DNA of 64,000 nucleotides from an uncultured delta proteobacterium (GCA_963727625.1 CAVSHR010000009.1:416001-480000), one strand, 5' to 3'; positions 28,934 through 39,361 are shown, numbered from the stretch's first letter. Numbers and translations are program-made. Notes: generated by a model not told the origin, from the letters alone.

Positions 28934-29224
28934 ATGATCTCGCAGATTCGCATTTACACGATCAATAAGGGTGAGATGGATAATTTTCTCAAGCACTTCA
29001 AAGAGGACATCATGGTGCTGCACCAAAAGATCGGCGTCCCCATCGTCGGCACCTGGGTGAATCGGCCGCAAAACGAATTTATTTGGGTCAGAACCTACAA
29101 AGATAAAGCGGAGCTCGAAGCGAAGAACAAAGAGTTCCAAGCCGCGGTCGCCGCCGCCGGAGTCAAACTTGGCGGCAACGTTGCGAAGATGGAAGTGCGC
29201 GAGGCCGAGTCGGCGTTTGCGTAG
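28934..29224 (+). CDS. NIPSNAP family protein
   Basis: MISQIRIYTI...EFIWVRTY pattern; GGAGG RBS. Confidence 0.75.
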   Translation: MISQIRIYTINKGEMDNFLKHFKEDIMVLHQKIGVPIVGTWVNRPQNEFIWVRTYKDKAELEAKNKEFQAAVAAAGVKLGGNVAKMEVREAESAFA

Positions 29225-29566
29225 AGGCGGGTTACCCGGCGGTCACCGGCAGCGGCACGCCCATAGACGGATGTTAGGACAGGCCGACACTTTGCGGCTC
29301 GTCGTAGACGACCTGATTCAGTAGACTCCGGTCGTCGAGTCATTCAAGTGATGACGCACAAACTGCGTCAACGCCACCCTGACCCCTCACGTTTTCCCGA
29401 TGAGCCATGAATCGATGAATATGTTTACCAATTAACTGTCCGTCAAAGCCGGGATAGCTCAACCTGAGCCACATTCCCTGTTCTCTCCTTGCTGTCCGGG
29501 CAAATGGCGGACGTAGAGAGAATCTTTGATTTTGCTGGCTGAGCTATCCTATCTAAGGAACCACTG

Positions 29567-30691
29567 ATGGATTTTCACGCGTTTCTTTACGCTGTCGTCG
29601 GCCGGCGCGAAGAATTAGAGCGTGGGATGGCGGGGAAAGATCCAATATTATTTCAACGTATGTTGAATGAGATTGGAACTTACGCTCGACTGTGTGACGA
29701 AGCCGGCTACGCGGGTCTTGGGTTACCGGAGCATCACTTGCAGATCGAGGGCTTCGAGGCAGCGCAAGAGCCGGGGCTGCTGGCGCTGTATATCGGCATG
29801 CAGACCAAGAAACTGCGGCTCGACCAGTTTGGTTACGTGCTGCCCACCCATAATCCTCTGCGCGTAGCGGAGCATGCCGCCACTCTCGATCACCTGCTCG
29901 GTGGCCGTCTGAACGTAGCCTTTGTGCGCGGCTATCAGGCTCGCTGGTTCCAAAACTTTGCCGCGCTTCCGGGCATCAAAGCTGTAGGGGCTTGGAATCA
30001 ACGAACCCAAGAAGATCAAGCCAACCGCGAACTGTTCGAGGAGTGTGTCGACATCATCCTCACGGCTTGGCGCAAAGACACCTTCGCCTATAACGGTAAG
30101 TACTGGTCCTATCCCGCTGAAACCCGACTGCCGTACGATCATCCCGCGTATTATACCTATGGCCGGGGGGTCGGGCGGGATGGAACCGTGAAAGAAATCG
30201 GTATTGCGCCTCGCCCATTGCAGCAGCCCATTCCATTATACGGCGGCTTCACCAACAGTTTGCGAACGGTGCTGTATTGGGCGCGAGTCGGCGGCAAGCC
30301 GATCATCATGTCCGACAACATGGAATTCTGTGAGCTCTGTTGGAGTACCTACCGCGACGAGGCGGAGCGTTGCGGCCGCCGTGTTGCCGAGGGCGACGAG
30401 GCAGCTTGGGGAGGCTACCTGGTATTGGCCGAATCCAAAAGCGAGGCCGAAGCCTGGGCCGAGGATTGTCTATGGTATTGGAAAACCTGGTACGCACCCT
30501 ACGGCCGGGGTCTTCCACCCTTGCTCGTGGGCGATGTCGATACAATTTGCCGCAAACTCGATGCTGTCAGCCGACATGTCAAATCAAACGAGGTATTCCT
30601 GCAATTTGGCCAGGGGATTTTGGAACCTGACAAGTGTCTCAAGACGCTGGAGTTGTTCGCGGATAAAGTGATGCCTCGTTTCCGGGCTTAG
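29567..30691 (+). CDS. Luciferase-like (LLM class) flavin-dependent oxidoreductase
   Basis: PEHH, HNPLRVAEHAATLDHLLGGRL, PRPLQQP, LELFADKVMP. Confidence 0.92.
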   Translation: MDFHAFLYAVVGRREELERGMAGKDPILFQRMLNEIGTYARLCDEAGYAGLGLPEHHLQIEGFEAAQEPGLLALYIGMQTKKLRLDQFGYVLPTHNPLRVAEHAATLDHLLGGRLNVAFVRGYQARWFQNFAALPGIKAVGAWNQRTQEDQANRELFEECVDIILTAWRKDTFAYNGKYWSYPAETRLPYDHPAYYTYGRGVGRDGTVKEIGIAPRPLQQPIPLYGGFTNSLRTVLYWARVGGKPIIMSDNMEFCELCWSTYRDEAERCGRRVAEGDEAAWGGYLVLAESKSEAEAWAEDCLWYWKTWYAPYGRGLPPLLVGDVDTICRKLDAVSRHVKSNEVFLQFGQGILEPDKCLKTLELFADKVMPRFRA

Positions 30692-30776
30692 TGTCATCTC
30701 CTGTGACTTTGATGGTTGGTCTCGATGCTTTCACAGACTTTGTTTAGAGAAAATTTACCACTAAAAAGGAGTCGCT

Positions 30777-32675
30777 ATGTCTAACGATGCAAACCCGAAT
30801 CCGCTTGGCTCAAATCAAGTTCCATCGCGGCGATTCCTCGAGCCATCCGCCACATTTGTGCCCTTTCTCCGTGAGGATATCGAGCAATCCATCCCCGCGC
30901 GCTTCGAGCAAATCGTGCGCCGCTATCCCGATCGACTGGCGATCAAGACATCGCAGCATAACTGGACCTACGACCTATTGAACCGGGAAGCGAATCGCCT
31001 CGCCCACGCGCTTTTAGGGCGTGCCGGCGGCGGCAGATCTACCGTCGTTACCGTGATCGAACAGAGCGCGCCGCTCATCGCTGCCTATCTGGGTGCAATG
31101 AAAGCGGGAAAAATCGCCGTGGTGCTCGATCCGTCCCAGCCGTCTTCACGGCTCGCCGAGTTCATGGAAGAAAGCGAACCGACATGCGTCGTGACCAATG
31201 CCAACCAGTTTGCTCAGGCAGCGGAACTGGCCGGCTCGACCTGCCCGGTCATCAGGGCGGACCAGCTTCCGGCAGACCTTTCCGACATCAATCCTGACGC
31301 TCGATGCGCACCGGCCGACCCGGCGATGATTCTTTACACTTCCGGTTCGACGGGAAGACCCAAGGGGGTGATTGGCGATCACCGTAGTTGGATTCACAAC
31401 GCCCAAAGCTATGCCAACGCCTTTTACATCTGTTGCGAAGACCGCGTCACTCTGCTTTCGCTGGGAACCTCCCAGGCGGTGAAAAACATTTGCATGGCAC
31501 TCCTAAACGGCGCGGCGCTTTTTCCTTTCGAAGTGCGCCAAAGGGGCTTGGAAGAATTCTTGGCGCTGCTCGAACGCGAAAAGATTACCATCACGGTCAT
31601 GGGCGCCTCTCTATTCCGGTCGCTCGCCGATGTGCTTCCGAAGCCCGAACATCTGACCGATCTCCGTTTGATTCGTCTGGGCAGCGAACCGGTACAAAAA
31701 ACCGATCTGGATCTCTATAAAAAACATTTTCCATCCCATTGTTTGCTGGTGAACGGCCTGGCCTCCGGAGAAACCCAGACCACCAGATTCTATTGCATGG
31801 ACCACCGGAGCGAAATTTCCGCGAGCATCCTGCCCGTGGGTTACCCCATAGAGGATAAAACCATCCTGCTGCTCGACGACCACGGCAAGGAAGTGGCGCC
31901 GGGACAGGTGGGAGAAATCGTCGTTAAAAGCGAATATCTCGCGCCGGGTTATTGGCGTAATCCCGAGCTGACCGAAGCCGTTTTTCGCCCCGGTGAAACG
32001 CCAGCCGGCGCGCGTATGTACTTCACGGGCGACCTCGGTCGCATGGATGAGGACGGATGCCTCACCTGTCTGGGGCGGAAAAATGCCCGCGTCAAAATTC
32101 GCGGCTACGGCGTCGACCTCATCGAAGTCGAGATCGCCCTGACTCATTTAGACCAAGTGAAGGAAGCCGTGGTCATGGCGCACCAAAACAGCGCCGGCTA
32201 TGCGTATTTGGTTGGTTACATCGTCCCCGTGACTCTTCCAGGCCCGAGCAACAATGCACTGCGGCAAGCGCTGAGTGAGACGCTGCCGGATTACATGATT
32301 CCCACGACATTTGTGATTCTCGGCGCGTTGCCGCGGACAACTTCCGGTAAGATTGACCGTCAGGCATTGCCGGCACCGGGTCGCCCCTACCGAGACCTGA
32401 GCCGTCCACCGACACTGCCCCGCAGCCCAATGGAGACGACGATTGCGAAGATTTGGGGCGAAGTGCTGGGCCACAAAACGGTTGACGTCCATGACCATTT
32501 CTACGATTTAGGCGGCGAGTCCTTGCAGGGTTTGCGCATCATGGCGAAGATCCGCCAGACCTTCAACGTCGCCGTCGATATCCAGTCCCTGGTGGACGCT
32601 CCCACCGTGGCGGAAATGGCACTGCAAGTCACCAAACACATGGAGACGGGAACGGATGCGCATGGACGTAATTAG
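30777..32675 (+). CDS. Stand-alone NRPS-like adenylation + carrier (A-T) protein
   Basis: YTSGSTGRPKG, YFTGDLGR, VKIRGY, LPDYMIP, SGKIDR; carrier motif FYDLGGESL; no C or TE domain. Confidence 0.92.
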   Translation: MSNDANPNPLGSNQVPSRRFLEPSATFVPFLREDIEQSIPARFEQIVRRYPDRLAIKTSQHNWTYDLLNREANRLAHALLGRAGGGRSTVVTVIEQSAPLIAAYLGAMKAGKIAVVLDPSQPSSRLAEFMEESEPTCVVTNANQFAQAAELAGSTCPVIRADQLPADLSDINPDARCAPADPAMILYTSGSTGRPKGVIGDHRSWIHNAQSYANAFYICCEDRVTLLSLGTSQAVKNICMALLNGAALFPFEVRQRGLEEFLALLEREKITITVMGASLFRSLADVLPKPEHLTDLRLIRLGSEPVQKTDLDLYKKHFPSHCLLVNGLASGETQTTRFYCMDHRSEISASILPVGYPIEDKTILLLDDHGKEVAPGQVGEIVVKSEYLAPGYWRNPELTEAVFRPGETPAGARMYFTGDLGRMDEDGCLTCLGRKNARVKIRGYGVDLIEVEIALTHLDQVKEAVVMAHQNSAGYAYLVGYIVPVTLPGPSNNALRQALSETLPDYMIPTTFVILGALPRTTSGKIDRQALPAPGRPYRDLSRPPTLPRSPMETTIAKIWGEVLGHKTVDVHDHFYDLGGESLQGLRIMAKIRQTFNVAVDIQSLVDAPTVAEMALQVTKHMETGTDAHGRN

Positions 32676-32847
32676 CTGCTCGAAACGGCGAACGCAATCC
32701 GCGGTGACAGAGCGCGGGAGTGATCCCACCTGGTGCAGTTTCAACCTGGAACAGGACATCGGCCAATATTTTTCCTCCTTTGGCCTGTACCGCTCTGAAA
32801 TCAAGCAGGGCCGTCCAGTGGTGGGCGGCCGCTAAAGCGCTCGGACT

Positions 32848-33729
32848 ATGAAGGTATCGCTCGCTAAACTTTCGTACCGAACGCCCGGCATTCGTTTGGC
32901 GAGCAAAGCGATACCGCCCGCCTGGTTCTTCCGCTGGACGAGTTGGACCGCCAGCCTCACGGCCCGTTCGGGACTGACCCGGCAGTCACGGCTCAAATAT
33001 TTTCGGACCGTGTTGGCTTCAACCCATGACCCGGCGCGGCTGGAGGAGCTGGGGAGAAAGCACCTTCTCTTCCGCAAATGGGGCCGTACCATGCTTTGGG
33101 CTTGGCCCTGCTGGGCGGAGCGGCATAACGATCTTGTGCTGGTCGAAGGCGAGGAACACCTCAAGTCGGCGCTGCGTGAAGGGCGCGGCGCATTTCTGTT
33201 ATCGGGACACTTTTACGGCTTCGAGCGGATTGTCGCCCCGGCGTTGGCCGAGCGCGGCTACCGCATGAACCGCACCGGCTTCGGCTGGCGCGGCGACGAC
33301 ATCTCGGAGCGCTGGGGCAAAGGAAGCTATGCCCGTTGGGAACATATCAACTACGGCGACGATCGCCGCCAACGTCTGCAGGCACTCGCAAAGATCGAGC
33401 GCGCGCTTGGGCGCAACGAGGTCGTCCATTTATCCATACGCGGATTTTCTCAAGGCGAGCCGCAGTTCGAGATCCCGTTTTTCTACGGAAGGTTTTTTCT
33501 CGATGGGCGGCTGCTTGAAACTCTCGAACTTTTAGAGGCGCCGGTACTGCCCTGCTTCGCCCTGTCGGATGAGCGGGGCCGGTTCGTTATCCGCTTGTAT
33601 CCTGCCGCGCCGCCGAGAAGAGCCGAGATCATGTCCGGATTCGGACAACGCTACGCCGGTTATCTTCGAGACCATCCCGAGTTTGCCCAAATCTGGAAAA
33701 ACGTCGCCCAGAAACGAAAGGAATGGTGA
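32848..33729 (+). CDS. LpxL/HtrB-like lysophospholipid acyltransferase family protein
   Basis: VEGEEHLKSALREGRGAFLLSGHFYGFE (Hx4E), IPFF, APVLP, HPEF..W. Confidence 0.78.
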   Translation: MKVSLAKLSYRTPGIRLASKAIPPAWFFRWTSWTASLTARSGLTRQSRLKYFRTVLASTHDPARLEELGRKHLLFRKWGRTMLWAWPCWAERHNDLVLVEGEEHLKSALREGRGAFLLSGHFYGFERIVAPALAERGYRMNRTGFGWRGDDISERWGKGSYARWEHINYGDDRRQRLQALAKIERALGRNEVVHLSIRGFSQGEPQFEIPFFYGRFFLDGRLLETLELLEAPVLPCFALSDERGRFVIRLYPAAPPRRAEIMSGFGQRYAGYLRDHPEFAQIWKNVAQKRKEW

Positions 33730-33824
33730 CGTGGATAAGCGCAGCGATCCTTTTCTGCGCGGCGGCGAACGTAGATTCCCGGAAGTTGACCGGAAAAACC
33801 TTTCCAAGTACGATGTTTTCTCAC

Positions 33825-34010
33825 ATGACCGCCATCGCTAAAAAATTGGACGCTAAAATGAGCCGCTGGACGCCGGAAACCGCGAAGAAGGTCGAGAAGC
33901 TGGTCGCTGAAATTATCGAATTGGCCGATAATGACGCGCTCGACTTGGTCCGGTCCCGGCAAGTCGAACAGGAAGTTCTAAACATCATCGATGGCCGCAA
34001 AGCCGGGTGA
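33825..34010 (+). CDS. Putative antitoxin of a PemK/MazF module
   Basis: Small ORF whose end overlaps the toxin start; start uncertain. Confidence 0.6.
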   Translation: MTAIAKKLDAKMSRWTPETAKKVEKLVAEIIELADNDALDLVRSRQVEQEVLNIIDGRKAG

Positions 34011-34308
34011 AGTTTGGCTCGCTGATCTAGGACTCACCGCTAAAACCCGCCCCGTGATAATTGTCTCCCGCGGGGATCCCGATGCGCCTCGGGCCCCTGT
34101 TACGTACATTCCCCTGACGACCCAAAATCGCAATAGCCGTTACGAAATCGATGTGGGCAAACTCAGGTTTCTTAGAGAAACCTCCGTTGCCAATGTTCAG
34201 GGCATCGGTTCAATTACTTCGGTTCGTCTTCAGCGAAAGCTCGGCGTACTTCCCAATGATGTTCTAAATAGGGTAAAGGACGCTGTGAGATTTGCTCTCG
34301 ATTTCTAG
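33991..34308 (+). CDS. PemK/MazF family endoribonuclease toxin
   Basis: PGEVWLADLG..AKTRPVIIVS and IPLTT motifs. Confidence 0.9.
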   Translation: MAAKPGEVWLADLGLTAKTRPVIIVSRGDPDAPRAPVTYIPLTTQNRNSRYEIDVGKLRFLRETSVANVQGIGSITSVRLQRKLGVLPNDVLNRVKDAVRFALDF

Positions 34309-34500
34309 ATTGCAGAGGCGAGAGGGAGAGCCCGGAGCGCCACATCGACACTGGAAGCCGGACGACGGCGCCGCCGAGATCGAAGAGTAGCGCGAGTCGG
34401 CCGATGGGCAAGGCCTTGACCGTAACTTTTCCTCGGCTAAGAGTGTCGGTGAGCAAGCCCGGGGGCGCAGAAATGACAGTCGCGCCGCCGTAATCGTCCC

Positions 34501-35509
34501 ATGCCGATTCAGATCGATCGGAAAAAAGCCGAGAGTCTCGCAGCTCAATTCGACGAAGCGCTCGACCTCGCGCGCAACGAATTCGACGGGCTCGACCCGC
34601 ACCGCCAGTACCGAAACGCTTTCCACCGGCTGCTCAAGCCCGATCCGCTCGGGCGGGTGCTGATGATGGGCACCGACCAGCGCGACATGTTCGTGCCGGA
34701 GCTTCGCCGCGCCATCGAAACGTCGGTGCCGAGCGGCGGTCACGTCTTCGACTTCGGCGCCGGCGACGGTCAAACCTTCGCCCTGGTCGCCGATGCGGTG
34801 CCGCAGGGCACCCGCGTCTCCCTCGAGGAGCCCAATCCCGAATACCTCGCGAACTACCGCGCCTTTTTGAAAACCAAGGCGCATCTGCGGCCCGGCATGG
34901 CGCTGGCCGCGGAGTTCGACGAGATCGACGCGGCGGCCGAGCGCTCTGGGGAAACGCTGCCGTCGGACCGCAGCATCGACCTCGGCCTCGCCCTGCACAT
35001 GATCTATTTCGTCAACGACGTCCCCGCCACCATTAAAAGGATGGTGCGCTTCTTGAAGCCCGGCGGCGTGCTGTTCGTGGTCGTGACCGACGAAACCGTC
35101 GGCTATACCGGCCTCGCGCTCAAAAGTTTTATCGAACGGGGCGGTGATACCGGCGACAACGCCAAGCAACTCTCGGTCATCGCCGAGCGCCGCCGCTTGC
35201 TCGGGACTGCCCGCCGAAGGCGGCGGCGCGATCGCCGAACTGCTCGCTGCCGCCGGCACGCCGGTGGAAATCGAAGTGCGGCTTCAGCCGAGCCGGCTCT
35301 ACGGCCACAACCTCGCCGACATGATCGCGCTCTCCTCCATCGCGGTCCTCGCCGGCGTCGAAGGCGTCGAAAAGTTCGAGGCCGCCGCGGCCTTGCTGCG
35401 CCACGATCCCAAAGCCGTCGACCTGCGCATTGAAGACGACGGCCCCCGCAAAGGCATGTGGAGCGTCACCCAACCCCAATGGGTCGCCGCCCTTCGAACG
35501 CGCGGATAA
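34501..35509 (+). pseudogene. Class I SAM-dependent methyltransferase with a +1 frameshift
   Basis: VFDFGAGDG and HMIYF motifs; removing one G of GGG at 35203-35205 joins RRRLLG to LPAEGGGAIAELL (ORF ending 35509). Confidence 0.75.
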
Positions 35510-35634
35510 CCGATCTCCACTTGATTAGACCGACAAAGAGCGCCTAAGACTCGTCTCCAGCGACTACCGGCGTTTGTCGTCGTTCCTACTTCGGATTTCG
35601 GGTTATTTTCCATCAATTAACAGTCTCTACATTA

Positions 35635-35985
35635 TCACCTCAACCGAATCGGCGGCACGTCCTGAGCGGCATTGCGATAAACCGTTAAGGGAAATATCGT
35701 TGTTCGATTTACACGTAATTCGTAGATGCCTGGCGATATGTTTCTCAAATAATACAAACCATCCGGCCCAGTGTGAGCAGTGCGGATTATTCTCCGCGAC
35801 TGGATTAGCTCGACTTGTGCCCCAAAATACGGAACGGGTTGCTGACTGTATCTATTCTCACGGTAAACACCGCCGCGAATATCCGCAGCCATCGCTTGCG
35901 AGGCCGTTAGGGTTAAAAGCAACAGAATGTTAGCCAAACCAACGATAGGGTGAACGCGACGTATCGGTAGTTTGCGAAAAAACAT
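35635..35985 (-). CDS. Secreted carboxypeptidase-regulatory-like (prealbumin fold) protein
   Basis: AAGGAGGTG RBS; signal peptide ending AMA; TGPDGLYYLRNISPGIYELRV. Confidence 0.7.
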   Translation of the reverse strand: MFFRKLPIRRVHPIVGLANILLLLTLTASQAMAADIRGGVYRENRYSQQPVPYFGAQVELIQSRRIIRTAHTGPDGLYYLRNISPGIYELRVNRTTIFPLTVYRNAAQDVPPIRLR

Positions 35986-35986
35986 G

Positions 35987-36664
35987 TTACTCACCTCCTT
36001 TTTCACTCATGACCATATGCGCTGAACTGGTTTCGATTGGTTCTCGATGAGTTAAATTTGGAGCCATTGAATTGTAAACATTGTTGCGTTCCGTGCTTTT
36101 CGTTTGACGTAGCACTATCGGTCTCGGCAGATGAATCGTCCTTTTGAAGTTGTCTCTGATAGCCTTCGGGTCAGAAACCTCTTCAGCAAGATCAAGGTGA
36201 GCAGGTAAAAATCCCGGTAGACCAACGAGAATGCTTGGCCAATCTTCCGGACGAACAAGGGGGATTCGCATATCAAAGAGATTTCCCGCGGTTTGATCAC
36301 GATCCGGCTTAAAAAACACGGTCAAAGCATTAAGGTCGCCCGGCTCTAAAGGAATTTTTTTGTTATGCTCGTCAAGCAAGTCAATCGTGGCTCTGATTTT
36401 CCACGCAGGAAATGTCATTGCATTAATTAGACGTGTGGTATCAACGATCAAGAAAACCCCTATTCCTGCGGTCACGATATAAGCGGCAAATGCGCCAGTA
36501 GCTTTTACTGTCCAATTTTGGAAGGGCCCGGTAACAGCTACCTTGGTTTCGGGAAAGAGCTTGTAGATTATAGCTGTTGGGATGAGAGGTAGGAGAAGGA
36601 AAAGTATATAAAGGAAAAACTCCAAAACAACGGCAACGATGTTTACATCCAAATGTTCGACCAT
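35987..36664 (-). CDS. Hypothetical two-TM membrane protein
   Basis: GGAGGTG RBS; two N-terminal hydrophobic helices; AT-richer than the flanks. Confidence 0.7.
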   Translation of the reverse strand: MVEHLDVNIVAVVLEFFLYILFLLLPLIPTAIIYKLFPETKVAVTGPFQNWTVKATGAFAAYIVTAGIGVFLIVDTTRLINAMTFPAWKIRATIDLLDEHNKKIPLEPGDLNALTVFFKPDRDQTAGNLFDMRIPLVRPEDWPSILVGLPGFLPAHLDLAEEVSDPKAIRDNFKRTIHLPRPIVLRQTKSTERNNVYNSMAPNLTHREPIETSSAHMVMSEKGGE

Positions 36665-37122
36665 TTTTCACCTCCCGCTATTTTCCATTCTTACTGAGGT
36701 CGCTAAGAACGGGTTTCCCAGGGAACACAGGCCTTCAGATCTTGAACGCGCTTTGGATTATATCCTTGGCAGGTTGCCCCCCTTCTATTACGACGGGATT
36801 GCAGCGACTACCTTTCGTAACACTTAATCAGCAATGCTAGTGCCAGTCGCCGGGCGTCGTCCCATATGTCTTGAGGGGTGCGAATATTCAGAGGAAACGT
36901 GCTGTGCGCGTGTGAAGTTGTTTTGGCGTTCGTCAGTGGCGTCAACTTCTGGGTACACAGCCGTATCCGAAAGTTTACAACGAAGACGCTACAACCGAAT
37001 CGAGATTATCGGATTGATCCAACGCTTTTTTGAGCGCGCCAGCTAGAGTCAAAATGCGGTACCCAGGGTCTAACGGAGTTCCTTGGCAAAGTACGCGGCT
37101 ATTGTACGCTCCGCATTTCGGA

Positions 37123-37240
37123 TTGAAACGTTTGGAGCACTTGGAACCGCCGGAACGTTTGGAACCGCTCAACGGTTTGAACGACCTAGACGGACCCCGG
37201 ACTTGATCCGGGGAATTGAACGACTCGAACGGTTTGAACC
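37123..37240. repeat. Degenerate ~9-nt TTGAAC/TGGAAC tandem repeats with an embedded palindrome
   Basis: ttggaaccgccggaacgtttggaaccgctcaacggtttgaac; ccccggacttgatccgggg at 37195-37213. Confidence 0.65.
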
Positions 37241-37284
37241 TCACTCTCGATTCGTAGTAAGCGCAAGCTACGGAGGACACCGTC

Positions 37285-37833
37285 ATGATCGCGAACGATA
37301 TCTTGCTTGACGCTTTTACCCGCGTCCACGAGTCGCTGCACCGTACGTTGGGCGACATTACGGCGGAGGAACTGGTTAAAGAGCCGCATCCATCGGTCGG
37401 GTGGCTCGCCTGGCGCATCAGTCGAGTCATGGACGCCAATGTCTCCCGGCTTTCCGTCCGCGAGCAGCTATGGATCGGCGCAGGATGGGCTGCCCGGTTC
37501 GCTATGCCGCCCGAACCGGCGGACTATGGTCGATCGGCGAGACACACGCGCGAGCAAGTCAACTCTTTCCGCGCTTCCGCGCAGCAGCTCCTCGACTATC
37601 ACGATGCGGCGTATGAGCGGATGAAAACCTATCTCAAGTCAGTATCCGCCGACGAGCTCGCACGAGAGCTCGATGAGCCCCAATATGACCCGCGCCCAAC
37701 GGTAGCTGTGCGCTTGGTCAGCGTCTTGGAGAATGCCATGACCAACGAGGGGCAGATCAGTTATTTGAAAGCCTACCACCGCCTCGGCGGCTGGTTCCCG
37801 CGCGAAGCCAAGGATCCAGCGAGCGTCCGCTGA
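37285..37833 (+). CDS. DinB family protein
   Basis: SVGWLAWRI, W...GWAARF and GQISYLK motifs; GGAGG RBS. Confidence 0.8.
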   Translation: MIANDILLDAFTRVHESLHRTLGDITAEELVKEPHPSVGWLAWRISRVMDANVSRLSVREQLWIGAGWAARFAMPPEPADYGRSARHTREQVNSFRASAQQLLDYHDAAYERMKTYLKSVSADELARELDEPQYDPRPTVAVRLVSVLENAMTNEGQISYLKAYHRLGGWFPREAKDPASVR

Positions 37834-38189
37834 CAGAACCGCGCTCTTACATTGACCACGCGTGGTGGGACCGACGAAAATCCGAAATGTGTCAATTCAA
37901 GACGTCTCTACCTGTCTGCTACCTGTTCTCAAAAGCTCGCTTGAAGAAGCCATCCAACATTAAGTCAATACTCAGGCCCGACCCCAAATTTGACCTGCGC
38001 CGCAACTCGGCGTTTATTATCTATAAATTTATACCTCGGTATCAACAGGAAGGGATGGGGAAGTAAGAGAGGAGTGCTGAAACAGGACTTGATTGGCCTT
38101 AGCCGCGCCAATCACCTACGCAGCCCAGCAAAGCTGAGAGACAAATCGGCCTCCCTGCGGAGATGGACAATATGGCTTGACCGGCAAAA

Positions 38190-39361
38190 CTATTCCTCGT
38201 TATTTCGAGACAAATACCGTACCAGATCATTGACCTCTTCGATGGGATCAAGTTGGTAAACCGTCGTCGTGGCAGCGACCGGAGAATGTTCGCTCAATGC
38301 CTGCGCAAGATCCGTCAATCGCGAAAGTGACTCATGGCAGTAAACAAGTGCGTCTTTTTGGTTTCCACTACCTTGTGTGCTTGCGTATGCCTCCAACATC
38401 GAGGCAAAATCCTCGAAATAGTCTTCGGCCGAACGGAGCTTTAAAATTGCGTTGGGGTTCGAGGGCAGCGGACGGTTGTGTAAGGCACGTCTTCGGAACC
38501 GATGGAAAAAACGCGGGTTTGGGCAAATAGCCGCCTTTGTGCCCTTGCCAGCGGCGCCGCGTGCATTACCAGATCGCGGTAGGCCCCAAGTTCCTGAAGC
38601 CATCCGTCTTCCTGCATTGCCGAACGTAGGGATAGCGTCAATGCGTCCGAATCACCAATTTGCTGCAACATTTTCTTGAGACTTGCCGCCGTGCTCACGG
38701 CGATTCCCGTCATTCCTACTTTGGGGCCGTAGATAAAGTGCGCAGCGAACTCAGCCAGACGATCTCGAAGGACACATGCGTCGAATAGAAATCCATGAAT
38801 GGCTGCGTAAGATTGCCATACCCAAAGATTGTCGTAGCCGCTGATTCCAGAATCAATCTTGGCGCCTTCAAGTACCCGGCTCCTAAGTTGCCGAAAGTAT
38901 GCCTCACAAACCTCGCTGAGGCGCCATTCGCAAATCCTGAGTTGGTACGCGATGCGAGCAGCGAGGTCGAACAGCCTTCCCCTCTTTTCGGTATGCGCAG
39001 ACCGGCTGATACCACGCCAATCTTGGATAACATCGAAGGCCCAGACGCTTTTCGGGTGACGATGAAAAAATCGCCATTCAGTGGGAGAGAGACCATCCCC
39101 CTGGTCGGTACCAACTACAAACTCGACTCCGATAATGTGCAGTTTGTGCGACTCAATCACGGAATATAACGACCTGAAATCCGGCAGGGCCATTCGCAGG
39201 GTTTTGCCGGACGCGCTGTTTGGAACGATCTCAAAGTATGGTTCAAAGTTGCAGATCGCCCGACAACCCCCGCCCAAATGTACAATCCGCGCCGCCGGCC
39301 ATTTAGTTGTTGCTCCGGGGAGTTTTTGCCGTTCTGTAATGGTCAGTTTCGGCTGATCCAT
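38190..39361 (-). pseudogene. HEPN-like (Cthe_2314-type) protein, frameshifted near 38468
   Basis: Rx4H motif YRDLVMH with upstream LRDRLAEF; adding one C joins TTVR to LPSNPNA (ORF ending 38190). Confidence 0.55.

Noticed and set aside
32662-32835. MbtH-like protein
   Set aside because: Lacks the SxWP, PxGW and WTDxRP tryptophan motifs
37123-37240. CRISPR array
   Set aside because: Units are about 9 nt, degenerate, without unique spacers, and no cas genes are present
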